A stretch of 52,314 nucleotides of DNA from a virus (taxonomy: Duplodnaviria; Caudoviricetes), in the IMG/VR virus record IMGVR_UViG_3300033150_001973, positions 1 to 52,314 of that record. One strand, given 5' to 3'. The translations under genes and the position numbers were made by a program. Shown here piece by piece: positions 45,599 through 52,314 of the stretch. Each line of letters starts with the position of its first letter. Position 1 is the stretch's first letter. A model generated the notes under the pieces. That model was not told the origin of the DNA, searched no databases, and worked only from the letters and a program-made list of their open reading frames with translations.

Positions 45599-46513
45599 AT
45601 GCCAGTAAGCGACATTGAATTGTTAGAATTGGCAAAAAAACTAGATAGTTTCGTTGACCTATACAGACAGGCGGGATACGGTTCAATACACGATGTAGCA
45701 GATAGATTGGAAGTGATGTTAAAACCATATAACATAAAAGTTACCCTGCCATTACAATTACCTAAAGATGTTGAAGAAGACCTTATAAAGAAATTAAAAG
45801 CAGGTATGAAAGTTACTCCACCGCCAGTATGGGAAGTTCCTCCTGATATGATGAAATTTCGTGTTGGTCAATATGTAAAGCCAAAGAGAAATATGAAAGA
45901 TGAAGGGATACTTGCAACAGATACATTCCAGGTTGTAGATATTGATTATAAAAGACAGAAAATAAAATTAAGAACCACAGATAAGGAAGGAATAGATTTG
46001 GGATATTTCAATTATAAAGATTTTGAGCCAATACAAATACATATAGAACCTATAGAAGGGAAAATTACAACGAAGAAATTGAAAGAACAGGTTGACTATT
46101 TAACAAAACTGATTTCAACACAGATGTCAAAACTTACACCTCTTTATGAAGAAGTCCAGAAGATAAAAAATAACATAGATGAATATGTAAAAGAGAGAAT
46201 TGAAAAAGGATTAGATGTAGACGAGATTAAGAAAGATATTGATAAAGTTGTTAGCAATTTAGAGAAGGAGATAGAGAAAATATATAGTAGAATGGGGGAA
46301 CTTGAAAAAATTAAAAAGGTTGCAGGGAAAGTTGAAGAGAAAGAAGAATATAAAAAAGGACAGGAATTTGTATCGGATAGTGGTATTAGTTATGAACTGG
46401 TGAAAGTTGAAGGAACTGCTCCAAACAGAATATTTTATTTAAAAGTAAAGAAAGCAGGAAATATATTAAAATTCCCTGAAGTATACTTCAAAAAACATCT
46501 GAAGGCAGTTTAA
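45599..46513 (+). CDS. Multidomain protein sharing its N-terminal domain with the MoxR ATPase; SH3-like and coiled-coil regions
   Basis: SDIELLELA..GYGSI..LPLQLP; FRVGQYV. Confidence 0.65.
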   Translation: MPVSDIELLELAKKLDSFVDLYRQAGYGSIHDVADRLEVMLKPYNIKVTLPLQLPKDVEEDLIKKLKAGMKVTPPPVWEVPPDMMKFRVGQYVKPKRNMKDEGILATDTFQVVDIDYKRQKIKLRTTDKEGIDLGYFNYKDFEPIQIHIEPIEGKITTKKLKEQVDYLTKLISTQMSKLTPLYEEVQKIKNNIDEYVKERIEKGLDVDEIKKDIDKVVSNLEKEIEKIYSRMGELEKIKKVAGKVEEKEEYKKGQEFVSDSGISYELVKVEGTAPNRIFYLKVKKAGNILKFPEVYFKKHLKAV

Positions 46514-46526
46514 ATGGGAGGACAAA

Positions 46527-47684
46527 ATGAAAAAAGCAAGCGATTTTGAACTGATACAGTTAGCAGAGACATCAAAGGATTTAAAGACCCTTCTTGAAGT
46601 ATCTGGATATTCATCAGTAGGGGAACTTATAGATAAACTAAAAAGTATTCTATCAAAGTATGGATATAAGACAATACCAAAATTGCCATTAAAATTGCCA
46701 GATGAAGTAAAAAGTATGATTTATGAAGATTTGTTGACAAAAGAAACTGCTGGTGGTGAAGTAGCAGGAATAGATATAAGGGAGCAGATATTAGGTGGGT
46801 ATGCAGAAGAAAATTTTAGTGAATTTATACCAGAAGGAGATTTTTTTGAAAGAGAAGGATATAAAGAAATAGAAGTAGCATTAAATTCTGGCTTTTCAAC
46901 ATATCTTGTAGGAGTGGCTGGAACAGGGAAAACGACATTTGCTTCCTGGTATGCTAAAAAATATAACAAACCTCTTCTTGTTATAAATTGTGATATGGGT
47001 GGATTAAGAGACCTACTTGGAGTATGGACAATCGTAACAGAAGAAAAAGCAAAAGGAGAACAGGGAGAACTGCTTAAATTCAACTTTGGATTACTGGCAA
47101 AATTTATTGTGATACCAAGTGTTATTCTTTTTGATGAGGTAAATTCGTTAGAACCAGAGGAATTATTTTTTTTACACGAATTACTAAATAATAGGAGGGT
47201 ATTTATTAAAGACGCTCCAAATTTCCCCCCAATAAATGCAAATCCAGAAACAAAATTTATACTTGCTTCAAACCCATCTTCTTATTTAGGAACTAAACCA
47301 TTAAATATAGCGTTGTTATCAAGAGTAGTGGTCTTTGAAATTGAGCCATTCACAAAAGAAGAAATAAAACAGATAATTCCAGAGGCAGATAAAGATATAC
47401 TTTCCTGTTATGAAAAAGTTAATAACTACTTAATTGAACATCAAGTAGAAACTGTCTTTTCAATAAGAGAGATACAGCAATATATTACATTGTATAAAGA
47501 ATACAAAGAAAAAGTAGAACTTACAGAAGAAGAGAAAAAGCAGGGAATAGAAACAAATGAAGTTAAGGCAAAATCCCTTGCTATAGAGACCGCTTTTTTG
47601 AATAAAGCAAAACAGAGTTGCGAGGAAGACGAATACAACGAATTAAGAGCAATTGTGTCGGAACAACTTGGAGTAGTCATCTAA
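46527..47684 (+). CDS. MoxR/CbbQ-like AAA+ ATPase
   Basis: GVAGTGKT, LFDEVN, ASNP..Y.GT..LN.ALLSR, FSIRE. Confidence 0.9.
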   Translation: MKKASDFELIQLAETSKDLKTLLEVSGYSSVGELIDKLKSILSKYGYKTIPKLPLKLPDEVKSMIYEDLLTKETAGGEVAGIDIREQILGGYAEENFSEFIPEGDFFEREGYKEIEVALNSGFSTYLVGVAGTGKTTFASWYAKKYNKPLLVINCDMGGLRDLLGVWTIVTEEKAKGEQGELLKFNFGLLAKFIVIPSVILFDEVNSLEPEELFFLHELLNNRRVFIKDAPNFPPINANPETKFILASNPSSYLGTKPLNIALLSRVVVFEIEPFTKEEIKQIIPEADKDILSCYEKVNNYLIEHQVETVFSIREIQQYITLYKEYKEKVELTEEEKKQGIETNEVKAKSLAIETAFLNKAKQSCEEDEYNELRAIVSEQLGVVI

Positions 47685-47686
47685 AA

Positions 47687-49459
47687 ATGTTTGAGCCATT
47701 TTTGAAATACATAGCGGATTTAAAAGATGTAATTGTAAAACCTGTTAAAAGTCATACTGCTTCTGCTGACATAGAGAAAAAAACAATTTTTATTCCTGAA
47801 AACTTACCAAGTGAATTTTCTTATATAATAGTTACTTTACTTCTCCACGAGGGTTCTCATATAAAATATTCAGAGAAACTCCCTGAGGAGTGTGCAAAGA
47901 TAGTTTCAGATACAACAACGGAACTACTATTAGACATAGATATAAGGAAGCACTTAATTCCACATTTAAAATACTTCATTGAAAGATGGGAAAAAAAGCA
48001 TAATGAAAAACTTAATTTTGATATACTCACTTATAAAAGAGTTTTTGATAATATAACAAGTTTTTTTGATTACAACCTTCCAGAGTTTCAACATTCTATA
48101 TGTAATATAATTGAAGACATAAAAGTTGACGCTATTGCTTTTAAACTGCACAAATATATAGAGTGGTTTTATTATCTATTAAGCAGAAAAACATTCCCTT
48201 CCTACAAAAAGAAAATAGCCCAACAAGAAGATTTATTAAAAGGTTTAAATATAGAAGATACAGTCAATATGAGAAAAGACGATTTGGTAAGATATTTATT
48301 TATTGTTTTAGATAGTTTACTTACTCAATTAAAATTACTCATAGTATATGCAAAGAAAGATGAACCACATTTTAAAAATTATTTTAAAAATTTTGAATTG
48401 TTATATAATAAAGAACTTGATAGATTAGGATTTTTTACAAAGAAGGATTTTGAAGAATTGATAGATTTTTTCTCTGAAATACATAATAAGATAAAAAGTT
48501 ATGATACCCGTTCTGATTTATTCTTTTTTGAATATACAACAACTGATTTTTATAATAAATGTATAAGAAAGATGATTGAATTATTATTTAACCCACAACT
48601 TTTTGAATTTTTAGCAGTGGCTATTCCTGAAAAGATTGCACTTGATAAAACAACCGAACCTCTTTTCTTCACTATGGAAGATGTGTTTATAGTTTCAGAG
48701 ATATTACAAGCAAGAATGACAAGGTTTAGAAGTTTTCCAGAAATAACAGAAGCATTTAAAAAAGAGTTTTTCCCTAGTGGTATTTTACTTTCAGTAGAAG
48801 ATGTATATACAGGTGAGATAGAAGCAGATAAAGATTGGGAGTATGGAGATTTGATTGACCCATATATATATTATTATAGTGATGTGAAATATAAATTAAA
48901 TTTTTTATTTAGAGTAGCGTGGAAACTGGCCAGGGCTTCTTTTATAATGGCTTTACCGAGTAAAGCAATAGACGCATTAACAAGAGCAAGAAGCAGTGAA
49001 GTTAATAAATTTATTTATGCAATTGGAAGCAACTTTTTTTCTCTACCACCGAGAGAAGAGGAAAGCATAAAAAAGTTGAATACACGTTCATTTATGATGA
49101 TAAAATATATTATTGCTTGCATAGTATTGGACATTATTCAGAAATACAATAAAAAGCAGTGGTATAAACTATATAACCAGAAAAAAGAAGTATCAGATTT
49201 TTATATAGAGAAATTAAATAAGTATATAGAGAAAATAGAACACAAAGAATTAGAAGCAAAAATAACAGATATGGCAGTAGAAAGCACACTCTTTTGTAGG
49301 ATAGGCAAAAACGTTGATGAAATTGCTAAAAAACTTATAAAGAATATGAGATATGTAGCAGATGTATTTATTGGAAAAAAGGATTATGTAAAAGCAGTAG
49401 AAAGGTTTAAGAATAAAGTTGATACGATGAAAAATATTATAAATATAGGAGGTTCATAA
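47687..49459 (+). CDS. CobT-like / VWA-associated protein with HExxH motif
   Basis: LLHEGSHIKYS and NIIED motifs; lies between MoxR and VWA genes. Confidence 0.7.
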   Translation: MFEPFLKYIADLKDVIVKPVKSHTASADIEKKTIFIPENLPSEFSYIIVTLLLHEGSHIKYSEKLPEECAKIVSDTTTELLLDIDIRKHLIPHLKYFIERWEKKHNEKLNFDILTYKRVFDNITSFFDYNLPEFQHSICNIIEDIKVDAIAFKLHKYIEWFYYLLSRKTFPSYKKKIAQQEDLLKGLNIEDTVNMRKDDLVRYLFIVLDSLLTQLKLLIVYAKKDEPHFKNYFKNFELLYNKELDRLGFFTKKDFEELIDFFSEIHNKIKSYDTRSDLFFFEYTTTDFYNKCIRKMIELLFNPQLFEFLAVAIPEKIALDKTTEPLFFTMEDVFIVSEILQARMTRFRSFPEITEAFKKEFFPSGILLSVEDVYTGEIEADKDWEYGDLIDPYIYYYSDVKYKLNFLFRVAWKLARASFIMALPSKAIDALTRARSSEVNKFIYAIGSNFFSLPPREEESIKKLNTRSFMMIKYIIACIVLDIIQKYNKKQWYKLYNQKKEVSDFYIEKLNKYIEKIEHKELEAKITDMAVESTLFCRIGKNVDEIAKKLIKNMRYVADVFIGKKDYVKAVERFKNKVDTMKNIINIGGS

Positions 49460-50421
49460 TGTTAATTGGTCTAACAAACGGATATACTACACTCTTTGGT
49501 GGTGTAGGTGAGGGCGTTGGTAAGGGGAAAGAAAAAAGCAAAAAAGAGGAAGGAAAAGAAGGGGAAGAACAAAGGAAATATAAGCAGGTAGATGAAGAGA
49601 TTGAAAAAGGAGAAAAAAAACCCTTTTTTTCTCCTGGCAAAGACCCAGTTTTAGATGATATTAACAAAGTTTTAAAAGAAATCTTTGAGGAATTGGAAAC
49701 AAGAGAAATTAAAATAGATAAAGATGTATTTTTAAAGATATTAAAGAAAGCATATATACCTACAAAAGAAAGAAGAAAAATAGACACAAGAAAATTAGCA
49801 AAGATATATACAAAGCCGACTGAGATTTTTAAAAGCGAGAAGAAAAAGAAATACAAAAACACAATCTTTACATTTATGATAGATATGTCAGGAAGTATGG
49901 CTGAAACTTTGGAGGGTTCAAATATATTAAAGATAAAGTTTGTAAGAGATATTTTAAGGGCTTTTTTAGATGCAACAAATGAAATAAAAAAAACTACAAT
50001 AAATCTATATACTTGTGTAGTGGGTTTTGAGGATATTGGATATTTAATACAGAGAGCAACATCAAGAAAAGTGAATACAGAAAAGATTTTAGAGGAAATA
50101 AGAGCAGGAGGAAACACTTATTTTGCAGATGGATTGAAGGTCTATTTTGAAGAGATAGAGAAATTTAGGAATGCAAAAAATATTTTGATAGTGCTTTCAG
50201 ATATGATGTTAGATGAAGAAGACGCAAAAGAAAGTAAAGAAATATTGAAAAAGATAAAAAAAACTTCAGTAGATTTTCAATATGTGATTTTTATTGTAAA
50301 TGAAAAAGGGGAAACAGAAGAAAAAGTAAAAAATTTATTCGGGAGATATTTAATATATGTTAGAAATGAGAGAGAATTTATAAGGGCTTTCTTATCAGAA
50401 TTTTCAAAAATGATTTTATAA
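49459..50421 (+). CDS. von Willebrand factor A domain protein
   Basis: MIDAS DMSGS, GGNT, LSD. Confidence 0.88.
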   Translation: MLIGLTNGYTTLFGGVGEGVGKGKEKSKKEEGKEGEEQRKYKQVDEEIEKGEKKPFFSPGKDPVLDDINKVLKEIFEELETREIKIDKDVFLKILKKAYIPTKERRKIDTRKLAKIYTKPTEIFKSEKKKKYKNTIFTFMIDMSGSMAETLEGSNILKIKFVRDILRAFLDATNEIKKTTINLYTCVVGFEDIGYLIQRATSRKVNTEKILEEIRAGGNTYFADGLKVYFEEIEKFRNAKNILIVLSDMMLDEEDAKESKEILKKIKKTSVDFQYVIFIVNEKGETEEKVKNLFGRYLIYVRNEREFIRAFLSEFSKMIL

Positions 50422-50640
50422 ATTTATCTTATTATTTTTATTTATTATTTTTTATTTAATTCATAACTTCATAAATTCATAAATTTATATAATTAGTATA
50501 TATAGTTATTATATCTATATATAATATAAGAGAATGATTTTTAAAGATTGATATTTATTATTATTTTTATTATAAAAATTAATATATAAATAAACTTGAC
50601 AAATTATAAATTTTATGATATAATATATTCAGAAAAATAA
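50422..50640. other. Extremely AT-rich intergenic region separating late and early genes
   Basis: Nearly devoid of G/C; TTCATAA repeated three times. Confidence 0.6.
50596..50624 (+). promoter_or_regulatory. Strong sigma70 promoter at the start of the early region
   Basis: TTGACA-17-TATAAT with TG extension and AT-rich upstream element. Confidence 0.85.
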
Positions 50641-50653
50641 AAAAGGAGGAAAA

Positions 50654-50809
50654 ATGATAAGAAAAAAATTAAAACAGATAACCTGGAAAGAAATAATTGG
50701 AGCGTGGAGAAAAATGATTGAGAATGATATAAAAAATCAAAGAAAGATAAAGAGAAAAATAAAAGATAAAGGAAGAAAAAAAGGAGGTAAGAAAAATGGG
50801 GAAAATTAA
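50654..50809 (+). CDS. Small basic protein (51 aa)
   Basis: AGGAGG RBS. Confidence 0.55.
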   Translation: MIRKKLKQITWKEIIGAWRKMIENDIKNQRKIKRKIKDKGRKKGGKKNGEN

Positions 50810-50993
50810 AGAAATTATAAAAAATATCAAAGAAGGTAAAGATAAGTATTTTGGGTATTCACATTTTTGTTTAAGCAATATGCAGGACTACACTTTAATG
50901 AGTGAGACAATCAAGGATATGGTTGCAGTTTACGATATTAACGAGGTTGAAGCAGGGGAAATAATACAGGGCTTAATTCACGAGGATGAATAA
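50796..50993 (+). CDS. Hypothetical protein
   Basis: AGGAGGT RBS. Confidence 0.6.
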   Translation: MGKIKEIIKNIKEGKDKYFGYSHFCLSNMQDYTLMSETIKDMVAVYDINEVEAGEIIQGLIHEDE

Positions 50994-51018
50994 AAAAATA
51001 AAAAAGGAGGTGAGAAAA

Positions 51019-51492
51019 ATGGCAACAAGATGTCAAATTCAGTTTCAGTTTAAAGATGGAGAATATAAAGCACAATTATATCAACACTGGGACGGATACC
51101 CGCATTCAACGGCAGGAGTTATTAAAAATTTAGTAGAGTTTAAAAAATGGCTTGATAATAACAAGGAATGGGGAAAAAGGTTTGACGCTTCATACCTGGG
51201 AGCAAACTATATCTATTTCAGAAAAAGACAGGTAGAAGGTAGAGATATAGAGATTTTAGGATATGGGATTGAGACACCAGATACATTACACGGGGACGAG
51301 GAATTTTTTTATATCATTTCTCCCAAAAAAAATAATGAGGGAAAATGGAATATAAAGGTCTATTCTCTTTCTTTTAGTGGAGAAAAAGTTTTATTATTTT
51401 CAGGAAGTTTAAAGCAAGCAGAAAAGAAGTTTGTTAATATGGAGAGTGATAAATTATATTCTTTAATTGAGGAAAAAAAGGGGGAAAAATGA
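51019..51492 (+). CDS. Conserved phage early protein
   Basis: MATR..I...YQHWDGYP motif. Confidence 0.7.
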   Translation: MATRCQIQFQFKDGEYKAQLYQHWDGYPHSTAGVIKNLVEFKKWLDNNKEWGKRFDASYLGANYIYFRKRQVEGRDIEILGYGIETPDTLHGDEEFFYIISPKKNNEGKWNIKVYSLSFSGEKVLLFSGSLKQAEKKFVNMESDKLYSLIEEKKGEK

Positions 51493-52190
51493 AAAAAGGA
51501 TATGAAAAAGTAAGTTTTGATGATTTATCTTCTTTGGAAAAAATTAACGGATTTATTAAGTTTAAAGGAGAAAGCAAAGAAAGTAGATATAGATTTAAAA
51601 GAGAAGATAAGGACACTTTATTTATATATGCTTCTGGACGGAGAAGTTATGGATATAGAATATACCGCTTTAATGGACAGGTTATATTTAATGGTAAAGA
51701 AATAGAGTATTTTCTTATTCCCATAAAGAAAAAACCCGCAGAAGTTTATATTGAGAAAGTATTAAAATACAGAAATTATTTTAATAAGTATTGCCACCCA
51801 AACTTATGGGAGAATCTAAGAAAAGAATTAAATGAGTTTACAGAAGAGAATATAAATAATTTTTTAAAAGACAATACCATAACATCTGAATATGAGGCGT
51901 GGAAAAAATCAGGATTATATAACATACCAAAAATTGAAGATTACAAAACTTTAACTTTAAAAACTTGCGGATTTAAAGACGAAATAATATCAAAAATTAA
52001 AGAATGTATTGAGAAAAAAGAGGAGTTTGATTTTTATCACGAAGGGAATTATGACTATTCTGTTAGAGGGAGATTATGTGAAGACGGAATTTACAGGGCT
52101 TGGCTTTCAGCAGAATATAGAGGTATGGGAAACGGGCATTATTATATTTTAATATCAGAAAATAATGCTTTATTTGGAGAAGATGATTAA
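51489..52190 (+). CDS. Conserved phage/plasmid hypothetical protein
   Basis: C-terminal RAWLSAEYRGMGNGHYY...EDD. Confidence 0.7.
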   Translation: MKKGYEKVSFDDLSSLEKINGFIKFKGESKESRYRFKREDKDTLFIYASGRRSYGYRIYRFNGQVIFNGKEIEYFLIPIKKKPAEVYIEKVLKYRNYFNKYCHPNLWENLRKELNEFTEENINNFLKDNTITSEYEAWKKSGLYNIPKIEDYKTLTLKTCGFKDEIISKIKECIEKKEEFDFYHEGNYDYSVRGRLCEDGIYRAWLSAEYRGMGNGHYYILISENNALFGEDD

Positions 52191-52200
52191 AAAAGAGGGA

Positions 52201-52314
52201 AAAATGGCAGTAGGTAAAATAAGGCATTATTTTACACCCACAATTTACGCAAAGGTGAAGACAACTACTGAAATAATAAAGGCAATGTTAAATTCAGGAG
52301 AAATTTTAAAAAAG
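52201..52314. repeat. Terminal direct repeat (copy of 1-114)
   Basis: Exact match. Confidence 0.97.

Noticed and set aside
1722-51616. Numerous minus-strand ORFs in the ORF track
   Set aside because: F/L/S-rich shadows of A-rich plus-strand genes without RBS; only 17757-17951 and 17961-18347 have motifs and their own promoter

Overview
Complete circular genome (52,200 bp plus a 114-bp terminal overlap) of an AT-rich, probably thermophilic bacterial virus, with almost all genes on the + strand. I see no terminase, portal, HK97 capsid or tail genes. ORF 22229-23227 instead aligns by eye along its full length with the STIV-type double-jelly-roll (DJR) major capsid protein and is surrounded by more than 20 membrane-anchored proteins. 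This suggests an unusually large tailless, internal-membrane virus (Varidnaviria). Peptidoglycan enzymes and sigma70 promoters point to a bacterial host. The early/middle region has a lambdoid-style initiator gene with internal iterons, three DNA methyltransferases, a DUF5131 radical-SAM protein, an RHH+TnpB element with omegaRNA, a GT2-GT2-GT9 glycosyltransferase, a double methyltransferase and RusA. The late region has a lytic transglycosylase, the MCP, coiled-coil/dockerin fibres, PG-binding proteins, a transglutaminase-like Cys enzyme, a tyrosine recombinase, a beta-helix spike, an amidase, glutaredoxins, an HMG/YABBY-like protein and a MoxR-VWA module. No A32/FtsK packaging ATPase is recognisable. 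The most striking unexplained signal is a shared (I/L)GQ(S) peptide motif in eight otherwise mostly unrelated late proteins, a candidate recognition site for the transglutaminase-fold enzyme (maturation cleavage or Gln cross-linking). All family calls are from motif recognition by eye, without database searches.
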